A stretch of DNA of 64,000 nucleotides from Mytilus edulis (Eukaryota): positions 98,828,001 to 98,892,000 of the forward strand of contig NC_092347.1 in the NCBI RefSeq assembly GCF_963676685.1, given 5' to 3'. The notes below the pieces were generated by a model. That model made no database searches and was not told the origin of the DNA. It worked only from the letters and a program-made list of their open reading frames with translations. The first letter of the stretch is position 1, and every line of letters begins with the position of its first letter. The translations under genes were made by a program, and so were the position numbers. Positions 35,001-47,077 of this stretch are shown in pieces.

Positions 35001-37341
35001 CATCGTTGATAGTATATGGGAATTTTATGCAACTGTCATACTAGTAAATCCAAAGTTTAACCTCCACTTCCTACATAAGGAAATGCCTGTACCAAGTCAG
35101 GAATATGACAGTTGTTATCAATTAGGTTGATCTGATTGAGCTTTTGATTTTACCATTTGATTAGGGTTTTCCGATATTAATTATCCTCGGAATGTGGTAT
35201 TTTGTTATTTTACCTTCTTCTTGTTCCAATTCATGTAAAACAAGATTTTCCGGTTGTAGAGCTTTATATAAAAGAAAAGTCATCTGGTCTGTAACTAACA
35301 TTTTGTGTCACATTCCTGATCAAAATTTAAGACTTTCAAATGAATAGAAGTTAAGCCGTGATAGACTTGTTGAAAAGTAGCTTGTAAGCAGTTTATAGAG
35401 AGAGAAAAATCTTCGTGGGACCAAAACTGTATCATGTATCCTAAAACATCATTTTGTTGATGGGAATAAACTTTATATAAAAAAGGACAGCGAAAACATC
35501 TAAAAGAAAGCTGCCACACTTGCTAATTATGATTTATGATTAAGTGACTGATGCAGATCGCCGTAAGCCTATCGTTTACTTCTAACAAACACGAAATGTG
35601 TATCAGATGCATTTTATGATGATACTGAACTGATGGCTTATTGATTTAAAGCCAATGATCAAATTAGTTTCGAAAAGATAGGAACACTTGCAATAGTACT
35701 TGGTTGAAATTTTGAATATTTTCTTTTGCTCAAAGAAGACCTGTATTGAATATTACGCTGGTAATTGACGTTATCCTACTTCAGTTTATCATTTGTCAAA
35801 CAATGTGAATAATTTATGTTTTTCGCAATAAAAAGAAAAGAACTCAATATTATGACCTTATGCGGGGAAGTTCAAAATTTGTATCAATCATTTTTTTCTC
35901 AATTTTGTTTACATATGAGGCTTGATAGATGTTCCATTCAGAAGGGGTATGTTTCATGTGGTTTTTATGTTTTTTTTTATTGTACTACACTTGTCACACA
36001 TTACTGGTTTTTAGTCGGTATACATGGTGGCTCACTCATAAATATAATCACGTCAAGAGTATGCGTAAACATAAAATTACTTGTATATTAAGAAATGCAA
36101 ATGTTTTGATTGAAAATATAAGGATTACACAAAGGAGTATATGTTATGTATTATCATTAAACACAATTTACATTTCAATATCAAGAATGAACACGAATGC
36201 GGCCAATTTCATTTAATACGGAAACCGTCTTGAATTTAACTAAAATGCTGAAATTGTGAAGATTTCAGTAATTTAGCATGACTTAATGATGCAAGTACTC
36301 GATATATATGCATTGTAATGACAAAAACAGTCCATATTTATGTAGCAGAGTCATTATACCTTCCAAAAAATAACTTAAAGTTTACATTCAAACAATTTTG
36401 TAAAACTGCAATATTTTGGGACCAAAAAGGGGTCTTACTGAACCTACTCCTTTTTCAACAGGTTATTAAAAAAACATTATCACGTATGCTATATGATTTC
36501 TAAGCCTTATGTAGCAGAGAGTAATTCAATCAATGCTACACACAGTAGTTAGAATTAGACTATTTACCGGATTTGTTATCGAATAAGCAACACGACGGGT
36601 GCAACATGTGGAGCAGGATCTGCTTATCGTTCCGGAGCACCCTAGATCACCCCTAGGTTTTGGTGGCGTTCGTGTTGTTTATTCTTTAGTTTTCTATGTT
36701 GTGTCATGTGTACTATTGTTTGTTTGTTTATCCTTTTCGTTTTTAGCCATGGCGTTGTCAGTTTTTTCTCGATCTATGAGTTTGGCTGTCCCTCTGGTAT
36801 CGTTCGTCCTGATTTTAATTGATTTGAATGTCCTAAATTTTACCCAACATTATTAAACGTAAAGATATACCATCAAAACCGTATCTAGACAGCAACTGAT
36901 TACGATAAAGGCATTATTGATAAATATTATATATATAAAATACCGTTTTTTCCTCCACAAATCAGCAAACTTAGATAAAAATAGAAGTATCTACATAATA
37001 TAGTTGCACAAATTTAGATCATACTTATATAAAGAAAATTTGTCAAAGGTTTTAACAAAAGTTTGTATGAGTTTATCTTTTAAAACAAAAAAGTAGATAT
37101 GTCTATCCAAGAATAGGTATGTCATAAAAAGCAAAATTGCTAGTTATCGTCCTAAAGTTTGTCAACATTCATCTCCAAAGTAACCCATGAAGGTATATAT
37201 TTCATCACATATTTGAATTGACTTGTTGAAAATAGCTTGTATGCAATTTTTCAAGAAAATCACAACTGTATCGTGTTCCCTTAAAATGTTTGTTAATTGA
37301 GAGAAATTGTATATAAAATTGGACAGCCCAGAACATGTAAT

Positions 37342-37699
37342 TAGTTATCAAAAGTACCAGGCATATTATTTAATATGCTAGACACGTTTTGTCTGCATAC
37401 GACTCAACAGTCACGCTCAGATGGAAATTGTTAAAAAGTCAAACACATATGAAGTTGAAGAACATTCAAAATATTTAAAAAAGTTGTGCACAATACGGCT
37501 AAGGTAATATATGCCTGGGATAAGAAAATCCTTAGTGTTTCGAATAATTAATTATTTTGCTAATAGTAAATTTATAAAAATGACCATATAATTGATGTTC
37601 AAACCGAAGTAGTAACTACTTGGCTGGTGACACCGTCGGGGAAGAAACGTCCACCAGCAGTGGCATCGACCCAGTGGTGTAAATACTTATCAAAGATAC
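37342..37699 (-). mobile_element. Retrozyme-like monomer (~342 bp) with a decayed hammerhead motif
   Basis: Bounded by the direct repeat TAGTTATCAAAAGTAC/TACTTATCAAAGATAC. The minus strand contains GAGCGTGACTGTTGAGTCGTATGCAGACAAAACGTGTCTAGC, homologous to 34806-34885. Confidence 0.65.
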
Positions 37700-40531
37700 A
37701 CACTAAAAGCTATCAGAATTGCTAACTCATTGTTTAAGTATTGCATATTAATACTATGTGAGTGATGCAGTTGCATATTAATACTATGTGAGTGATGTAG
37801 ATGGATGCGAACCTCGTGTTTATTTCTAGAAAACGTGGCGTGTATATCAGATAAAATTCATATTGCCATTAAACAGTAGGCTCATTGATTCAAATCAAAT
37901 TGTCAAAATAGATTGAGAAAGACAGGAACACTTGCAACGATACTTTGAGACAATCTCCCAATTTCGAATATTTTCTATCTGCCTAAAGAATGACTTATCA
38001 TCAAGACCTATATTGAATATTAATGAAATACTACCTAGTCAATGGGATAACCTTATGCGCTGAAGGTAAATACTACCTAGTCAATGGGATTACCTTATGC
38101 GCTGAAGGTCAAATTTTGTATTATTCATTATTTCATTTTACACTAAATGTTCAATTTAAATGGGTTTTTACTTTGTGGTTTTTCGTGTCATTTTTCGAAT
38201 GTATTACAATAATCACGCATTATTGGTTTCTAGTCGGTTTTTATGGTAGCTCAGTCATAAATGTCAACAAGGTAACAGTGGGTGGTTAATAGAAACAAAT
38301 ATAATAAATGTATATTATGAAATGCACATGAAAACATAATATACAACAGGTTATTTAAGAAATAAACAACGCAAACTATCGATTAATTTGATATTTTTAA
38401 AGTCTTCTCAGTGAATAAATAATAGAATTTCAAATACAGCACACTTATTTATTCCACAGATTTTTTGAAATTACCGTATTTATGCACGACAATCATAATA
38501 AAAATAACAAATAAGTATAAGTCTTGCATGCATTATTTTAAAAATTATCAAGTGTACACATGTTTGAGAGGAAAAACATTGGCACTCACGACACATCTTC
38601 CTATATCTATAAAGCATAATAGTACATGTCCCTCCTGATGGAAAAAATCTGACATTACAAGCAAACTGTTTATAAACAAATAGCATAAATCAATTATCTA
38701 TGTTTGTCAGCTTCAGGAATTCCTGCGCAAAAGATTATTTAAATTTGAAATTTCAAGCAAACTGCTTATAAACAAATATTTTTAATCAAGTATCTATATA
38801 TATGTCAGTTTAAGGAATTTCTGCACAAAAAGATGATCCAAAATGAGGTAGAAGATACAAACTTGGCTAGATTGACAAGCCATGAAAAGATATTTAACAG
38901 TAGCAGAAACGCATCACAGGAAACTAGACTTAACAACCCGAACCCACCGGAAACCAGGGTTGATCACAGGTTATTCGAAACGGAACGGTTTGCAGATTTT
39001 GTTCCACATGTTGCACCTATAGATTTACTCATTTATCGATTTAATATCTATGATAAATCTAATTTGTTGTAAAATATATCTTTGAAAGGCGTGCAAGTCG
39101 ATAAGTATCAACACAACTCAATCCTAGTTGCTGTGGAATCGTCACTGTGTTTGCCTTGTAACCATTGTTTCGTGACATTTTTACTGTGCATGCTTATATG
39201 GATCGTTTATTTGAAGAGCTATGCCACGTTTGATCAACATCAGACTTTATCAATAGTATATGGTTCAATAATCCTTACACAGACTGCATATTGCAACTTC
39301 TTTCAACACTTTCTTTTAGGTTTTTTGTCAAATATCCCTTTTTTGTGTTTTGATTCGAGTATATAAAAAAAAATTACGCAGAAACATGTTTTAATGAAAT
39401 CAAGCTGGGTGTCATTGAAATTGTTTCTCGTAAAGAAGTTTCTTTTTTTTACAGAAATTAAATCTAAATTTTAGCGGCTTGTGAAGTGTCAATAAATTGT
39501 CAAATGTTCTATCATTATTATAATTACCACCGGAGTTCAAATAGCAAGTGTCTTTATTAATTGTAATCTTTAAAGCGTAGTTAGAAATATTTATCATCTA
39601 CAGCAGATAGATATTCACATGCGGTGAATACAGTGTTTCAGGCGCCTCATTCCAATACCTATAAGGAATTTTTCCTAAGATTAATTTTACCCTACAAGTG
39701 ATCATCATTGGAACGTTTATATGTACCAGAAAAACACTATTGGTATACCTAGTTCCACCGTTTTGAAAATGTGAAACAAATTTGTTTATGGTGTGAAACC
39801 TAACATTGTATATTCAGCTTTCTCATCTGGACAATAAATCTTAAGAAGAGTAGAAAAAAATTTGATTACATCTTTTTAACTTTATACTTGTTTTGATCTG
39901 AGCGTTACTGATAAGTATTATGTAGACGAAACGTGCGTCTTCGTAAGCGTATTAAATTATAATCCGGATAAATAATTAAACATTTAAACCGATGTTTGAT
40001 GGGTTCCATGTTGCTTAGACATCATACTTTTTGAAATTATGGGTTCTCGTTACACGTCTACAATTTGCTTATGTTTTTGTATTTTACTTTATTTCCAGTT
40101 TTAATGATTAGCTTCTGTAGATAAGACGCGTCTGGGGTACAATTCCTTTGAAGACAAAAGGTGTTTGTCATTCTCAGAAACTCATCAAATTTTACACCAG
40201 ACGCGCGTTTCATCTACAAAAGACCTATCAGTGACGCTCGAATCAAAAGATTTAAAAGGCCAAATTAAGTACGAAATTTAAGACCATTAAGAAGCAAACA
40301 TTCCGAAAGGTATTTAAAGTAGAGCTAAGGTAGTCTATTCCTTGGGTAAAATTCAAAGTTTTGTTAGCAGTTAATTTATGAGCATTTCATACGACAATTA
40401 ATGTCATCATAGAAGTGAAGTGTAAATTATATACCTTGTATCTTTGATTAATTATGTTTTTTTGTTAATTTTCTGTCAAGTGGTTTGATGACTATTGTTT
40501 ATTTTTAGATAAGTTGAATAATTATCCTTAA

Positions 40532-40804
40532 GGTGGTACCCAACACTTTAACTAAAATTAATTTGGCTCGTTTAATTTTCTTAAAATTTTATCAAAGTAT
40601 TTACTTTGACCCCTTGATAAAAATATAAAAATTTTAAAAATTTTGAACCAACCATTTTATCAGAAAAATTACACTGGTTATATAGCAGTTTGACAAACAC
40701 TCATTTTGATCATTGAGAAACTTAATATCCCTTTAACAACACAACGTAATTAAAACGTTTAGCTGATATTACAGAGTTATCTCCCTGTAGTGTTAGGTAC
40801 CACC
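40532..40804. mobile_element. 273-bp TTAA-targeting MITE (Kolobok-type termini)
   Basis: TTAA|GGTGGTACCCAACACT...AGTGTTAGGTACCACC|TTAA, 15 of 16 TIR positions match. Empty paralogous sites are at ~52920 and ~63748. Confidence 0.88.
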
Positions 40805-41114
40805 TTAATCGACTTATGAGTTTGATATTTGTTCTTTTTAGCCAGTGTAGTGCCATACGATTTAAGACACTTAAAATCCACTAACAAGATGTATACATAT
40901 TGGACATGAGTTGAATTTTTAGGAGATAAGATCAGATTATAGTAACAATATCATTACCTCCGAGTCACGACTTAACCTTCATGAATTATGACATATTAAT
41001 TGTGGAATTTGCATAAAGATTGAATAAAATTTGTGTTTTACAGATGAAACAGAAACCCATTATAATAAATGCTCGAATGTTAAAATAGGTTTAAAACAAA
41101 TCTTTTGTTATCAT

Positions 41115-42519
41115 TAGACCTTTTCAACATCCCTCGACACCTACAGTTGAGAACGACTACGACAGGTAAAATGTGAAGGGTCGTCTCAAAGATAAATAAA
41201 ATTGAGATCATTATTGATTTTATTGCTTTCAATCATCTTTTAGACGTTTAGCTTCTAGCTGTCCTGGTTAAATTTGGAAAACGAAAAGAACAAATCATAT
41301 TTTTTGTAGTTGATATTTAATTAAACAATGATTATGTCGGTTGACAAGGGCGGCACATGTCTGTTAGTTTTGGCCTTGGATGCCTCAATGATGTACTCAA
41401 TACTTTGTATCATTTCAGTTCACCAATTTGGTGTTCCACTTGAATTCTGTATTCACCAAACGAGGGGTCAATTATATTCTTTTCAAAATTCATCAAGGAA
41501 AAACTTTACCTAGAACAAGATATCTTGAAGCGAAGAAGACCGTCGTTGATAAATAAAAAAAAAAAACGTGATATTTTCCTTCGACCTAAAAAATCAATAT
41601 GTAACTATGTAAAAATTGAATATGTTCATCTACTAAGTTGAAGATCGGTGGAAAAACACAAAGTTGGTCGTGTTCACAAGTGTGAAACGGACGGACGGTC
41701 CAGTATTCTTTTTAATTTTTGAAAAAAATCATCAAAGCTTTAACACCAACAAATTAAATCGTAATTGGCATGTGGCAAATATTTGGCGAAAGACTCACAT
41801 AATCACAAAAGTGAAGAGAAAATGGGTTAGGATTCTGAATGATTGGAATATTTGTTTAACCAATTCAATATGAAATGTCGTGCAAATACACACGAAATAA
41901 GAATATATGACAAAGACATATGTATGGTGGACGGATGCGGACGTTTCCCCTTTTCGTGTTTTCCGGGAAATCCAGAAATCGAGAAATTGAGAAATCGGGA
42001 AATCAAGAAATCAAGAAATTGGGAAATCGAGAATTAGGGGAAGCAAAAACGCAAAATTGAGAATTCATTTCGCGTTTTAGCGTTTTCGTGTTTTCTCTTT
42101 CGTGTTTTGGCGTTTTTGCTTTCTTGCTTACTCGATTTCTCGATTTCCCGATCTACTCTAGTTCACAATTTCTCGATTTCCCTATTTCTCGATTTCCCGA
42201 TTTCCCGATTTCTCAATTTCTCGATTTTGCTTTCTCGATTTCTCGAATTCCCAATTTCGCGTTTGCAAAATGAAAGGAGAAGTTACGAAAACGCGAAAAG
42301 GCGAAACAAATGGCCGCATCCGGCCACCATACATATATTTATTTATTTATTTGGTTGATATATATTCTTAAACTATATAGTCAAAACAGTATAAAACCGC
42401 CAATCCAATATGTTACGTAATGATAATCATGATGGTTTTTGTCTTTGAGACGACCCATCCATTTTGCCTGTAAACTGTATGTGTCATTAGTCGGTGTCGA
42501 GAGATGTTAAAAAGGTCTA
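41115..42519. mobile_element. Non-autonomous TIR element with TAG...CTA termini and ~80-bp imperfect TIRs
   Basis: TAGACCTTTTCAACATCCCTCGACACC...GGGTCGTCTCAAAGA is mirrored by TCTTTGAGACGACCC...GGTGTCGAGAGATGTTAAAAAGGTCTA, with AT on both flanks. Confidence 0.75.
41919..42335. mobile_element. Foldback-type element with internal 8-bp repeats, nested in 41115-42519
   Basis: TIR TATGTATGGTGG(A/C)CGGATGCGG. An (AAATCGAG/AAATCGGG)n array on the left is matched by its reverse complement on the right. Confidence 0.8.
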
Positions 42520-43155
42520 ATAAATAATATTTAAATATATGTGGTAATCGAAAAAATTGAAATTCGGCCACCAATAATATTCGTGTTATATAACAATATC
42601 AGTAAGATCGAATTACTCTCCAAACAAAAATATAGGAATTGATATTATATAAAATAATTGTACTTTCAAGTGACAAAAGTGTTAACTGTATTGAAATCGG
42701 ATAATATTATCATTTATGTTTGAAGTATTTATTATACATTGTTTTTATAAATAAATAAAACAAATATAATTATGAAAATCCTTGAAAGTTGACGTGGATA
42801 AGTTAAGATTCTTGTTATTGATGTCTATGTTGATTCTTGTTAATGATGACGATTTATTTCGAACAGTAGTGTACTACTGTTGCCTTTATTTATTGGCCTT
42901 TTAGCTCGCTTCATTTGAATACACATTTGAATTTAAAATTCGTAAGATTTGAGTGTTCTTGCTTAGGGCAAATTCAGACTAACATGTAAGACGTATTAAG
43001 TTAATAAGTACTAAAAGGTAAAATCACAAAAATACTGAACTCCGAGAAAAAAATCAAAACGGAAAGTCCCTAACCAAATGAAAAAATCAAATGACAAACG
43101 ATTGGACAACAACTGTCATGTTCCTGACTTTGTACATTTTGTAGATTCTTTAAGT

Positions 43156-43327
43156 TAACTATATCTTAGGGTAGATTGTTCTAACCATATCTTAGTAAGA
43201 TTGTTTTAACAAAATCTTATGTTAGATTGTTTTAACCATATCTTAGGTTAGATTGTTTAGCTATATCTTAGGTTAGATTGTTTTAACCATATCTTAGGTT
43301 AGATTGTTTAACCATATCTTAGGTTAA
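43156..43327 (+). repeat. 25-26-bp tandem repeat, ~6.5 copies
   Basis: Unit TAACCATATCTTAGGTTAGATTGTTT, directly upstream of the gene-3 promoter block. Confidence 0.85.
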
Positions 43328-43376
43328 ATTTTTATAATCAAAATGCTTACACACAACTTTTTAAAAACGCAAAACG

Positions 43377-43607
43377 TGTCAGTCTATGACTTTCAAAAAT
43401 TTATGATGAAGAATGATTATTTCTCTCATTAAAAAATATCTTGATCAATTGTTTTTTTTAAATAAGAGTCGGTATAAAACTGCGTAAATTCTTTTGATTG
43501 ATTTGTGATGACATGTATACTATATCATATTTTTTTATAAATTCAGCAATATATAAGGCTCCTACAGCGAACATTCAGCACACCACTGGACTATCGTATC
43601 AAAGCAG
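43377..43607 (+). promoter_or_regulatory. Promoter and non-coding exon 1 of gene 3
   Basis: TGTCAGTCTATGACTTTCAA at 43377, TGATTGAT at ~43495, TATATAA at 43550, donor CAG|GTAAGT at 43607/43608. Confidence 0.8.
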
Positions 43608-44471
43608 GTAAGTCTCATTGTTAAATTAACTGCATAGTCTGTAAAGCTAAATGTCTCATCTCAATCTCCACAATTTAACTTTTGTCGATTCTAAAAATAG
43701 CAAAATTATTGCGTTGTCGTTCTGTACATCATATAATTGGTTTTATTGATTCTGTTTACACTAAGTGTTTCCTGGTCGATAAACGATACAAAAGAAATCG
43801 TTATTTACAAACATGCAGCCAGTAAAAAAAGGGAATAACTGTCTCGTGGAAGTTAATTTTGTCCATCTTTTATTGTTGCCAAAAAGCTTGAAATAAACAG
43901 AAATCACCTTGTGGCTATTGTCCTATTGTTAAAGACTATCAAACCGTCTTACTACGAAGTGGTATTAAATCTTAAATGATAAGATAGATATAAGAAGATG
44001 TGGTATGAGAGTCAATGAGACAATTCTCCATGCAATTTACAATTTGTAAATGTAAACCATTCGGTTTGAGCCAAGGGTCCGTGTTAAAGACTTTGTACTT
44101 TTATAAATTGTGATTTGGATGGAGATTTGTCTCATTGGCACTTATACCACATCTTCTTATATCCATTATAGTATGTTTTAAATTACTTACAATACCTTTA
44201 AAATCACAAGTAAATTATTGGACTAAAGTACTTTTCTTTCGAAATACTAAAAACAAATGAGCTGGCAGTTCAGTAGATAAATGTATTGTACTTCAAGCTT
44301 GGCTATTGTGAAAAGTAAATTCTACTTTGCAAATTGAGTTTACCTAACGACGCGGAGCAGGGCTAAGTAAACGGATATTTGCGACAGTAAAATTGAATTT
44401 TACTGAGGCCAAACTTAAAATACAATACAGTCATCTTCATGCTAATGCCACACATTAAAATGAATTCCATA

Positions 44472-44917
44472 TAGAATGAAATTCAAAACAGTGTGGCTGT
44501 GGCCGTTGATTGACACATTAAATTCATCCATTGACTGGGACAATTTAGGTGAACGTTTGTATGTAACGACCACTGCTCACTAAGTACGTTTTAAAGACAT
44601 TTAAACTATGGGGTCACCAAAGGTTCTCAACACCTTAATAAAGTAATTCGAAAAATATTCAGAAATAACACGATGTTTTGATTTATATCAATTATATAAA
44701 TCAAAATATAAAGGTTATTCCTGATTAATTTGTCGAATTATTTTATAATAAAAGGCGTTAAGAAACCTTTGGTGACCCCACAGTTTAAACGTCTATCGTA
44801 GGTATGTCGTGAACAGTGGTCGTTACAGACAAACGTTAACGTAAATTGTCCCAGTCAATGGATGAATTTAATGTGTCAATCAATGGCCACAGCCACACTG
44901 TTTTGAATTTCATTCTA
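44472..44917. mobile_element. Palindromic MITE with ~200-bp TIRs (TAGAATGAAATTC...GAATTTCATTCTA)
   Basis: The arms are near-complementary. A half copy lies at ~21245-21425. Confidence 0.88.
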
Positions 44918-45624
44918 AAATAAATATTTAGGCTTAAAAATACCATTAATGAAAAAGTCTGCAAAACTGTTGCGACATCTTTAGCATCTAAACAATATGA
45001 GGTTAATATATGAATGTCAAACATAAACGCTAAACATATTTATACTTTTCTACGCTTCAGAATGGTTTCAATATTGGCAAAAAAGATGTTGACTCTCAAA
45101 TTGAGCCTTTTTGGTATACTTGTTGAGAAATTACATAACCCCAAAAAATTGTAATTCAAAAAGGTAGCTTTCTTAGTTACGGACCGGTTGAACCTGGATT
45201 CTAATTCTTAAAAATATTTGTCAACGTTCAATGAAAATTATAGTTACAAACGAATTGCATTATAATTTTCAGTTTTCTCTTATCAAATGGATGTATTTCA
45301 AAAGCTTAGAAGGGACAAATTATCTGGCAGCGGATATTTGTTTAGTTTTATATTGACTAATAAATTCACAATGTGAGGTCAAAGATTGAATAATTCACGT
45401 ATACCAAACATTAGAGTAATAACTTATTCCTCTGTCTTTTACAAAAAAAAAGTTATAACCAACAAATAGTATTTATGATCAATTTTACTCTTAAAATTTT
45501 ATGACGAACTATTTATTAACACACGCATATTAGAAAGTTCAACAAACTGAACTTCAGACTTCTGTTTTTGCTGGATTCTCTTATTAAGTACTTCGTAATT
45601 AAGAGACTTTTTGATTATTTCAGA

Positions 45625-47077
45625 ATGCAGCTCTTAGTCGGAATTCTCCTGGTTATTTGTAGCGCAGTCAGCGCATCCTATAAAGGAGGATATGGCAGTT
45701 ACGGAAGTGGATACGGTGGATACGGAGGTGGATTCGGTGGTGGATTCGGAAGAATCGGCGGTGGATACGGAGGATATGGTGGAATCGGAGGTGGATACGG
45801 AGGTTATGGACTAGGAGGTGGATACGGAGGATACGGACTCGGAGGAGGATACGGAGGATATGGTGGAATCGGTGGTGGATACGGAGGATACGGAGGCGGA
45901 TATGGAAAAGGAAAAGTTGTTATTGTAAAAGGTGGTTATGGTGGTGGTTATGGTGGTGGATTTGGTGGATTAGGTGGTTATGGTGGTTATGGATTAGGAG
46001 GTGGATATGGTGGTTTCGGAGGTATTGGAGGAGGGTATGGTGGTTATGGTGGTATTGGAGGCGGTTATGGTGGTTATGGTGGTTATGGAGGTGGATTCGG
46101 TGGATTAGGAGGTTATGGTGGTGGATATGGTGGTATCGGAGGAGGATATGGTGGATACGGATACGGAAAGGGAAAAGGTGAGATAAAGTCTGCTTTAAAT
46201 AATATTTAAACTATTATGTTCTGACCGGATCTTTATTGCCCAACGAATGGTTTACATTGATTTCGCTTATTTTTGTGCTATATGCATATTTCTTGAGCGA
46301 TGTGAGAAAACCATTTCTGATTATTAGTAAACTATCTATTCATAGCAAATCATTTGTCACAGTTTAATTATAACGTTAATTTTTTTTTTCAATTCTGCTG
46401 AATTTTCTATAATGACGTCCTGACAAAAGGCGACCATGCATCATAACGTCATATATCAAGAACACAACTCTGCAAATCTTTAAAACAAGAAGGATAGCAG
46501 TCATTAAAGAAACATATAACAGTACTAAAACTCGTGTATTACGATATTTCTCAACAGTTATCTTTCAACCATATTTTATGATTTTGATCCTTTTTTTCTT
46601 GGAACACTTTAAAGAATTTCATATTCTTATTGCCGCTTTATCTGCACATTTTTGAACAAATCATCTTTTGTGAGAAGAACGTAATATATTTCTCTCTCAT
46701 ACTGTAATAATTGTCAATACAGACATTTTTGATCATATAGAAAGCAAAGCAATAACCTGTACATGTTGTTCGATCTAAACATGGCCCACGATGAACGTCA
46801 CTTGAATTCATTTGGTATATGTTTCCTCTTCAAATAAAATACCAAAACTCATCTTCAAATATGTTCAAATACAGTTATGAATTCTTTTGAACGAAATACT
46901 AGTAAAAGGAGACATGGAATAAACGTTGATAAGACAACAATCCGACAAAACAATAAAACACAAATGCGATAAAGAATAAAAAAATATATATTTGTAAAAT
47001 GCAGATTTACATTACACAAAGTTATAACTTTCACTTTGCTATGATAACATTATATTCTTTGTTTTGCAGGATATTAA
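45625..47077 (+). CDS. Secreted Gly/Tyr-rich protein, copy 3 (45625-46177 and 47070-47077; 186 aa)
   Basis: ttcag|A-ATG, same signal peptide and core, donor AAAG|gtgag, last exon GA TAT TAA. The ORF-track start at 45568 is intronic. Confidence 0.9.

Noticed and set aside
39900-40240. Functional hammerheads at ~39900 (+) and ~40200 (-), also 51270 and 52835
   Set aside because: The core boxes are mutated (CTGATAA, CTGATAG, CAAA for GAAA, TTGATTG). They are counted only as decayed family members.
41843-42358. ORFs with ISRF/EIEK repeats
   Set aside because: They are translations of the 8-bp internal repeat of a foldback element.
45568-45624. N-terminal extension of gene 3
   Set aside because: It starts at TTG in intron 1, upstream of the conserved acceptor cag|A-ATG.
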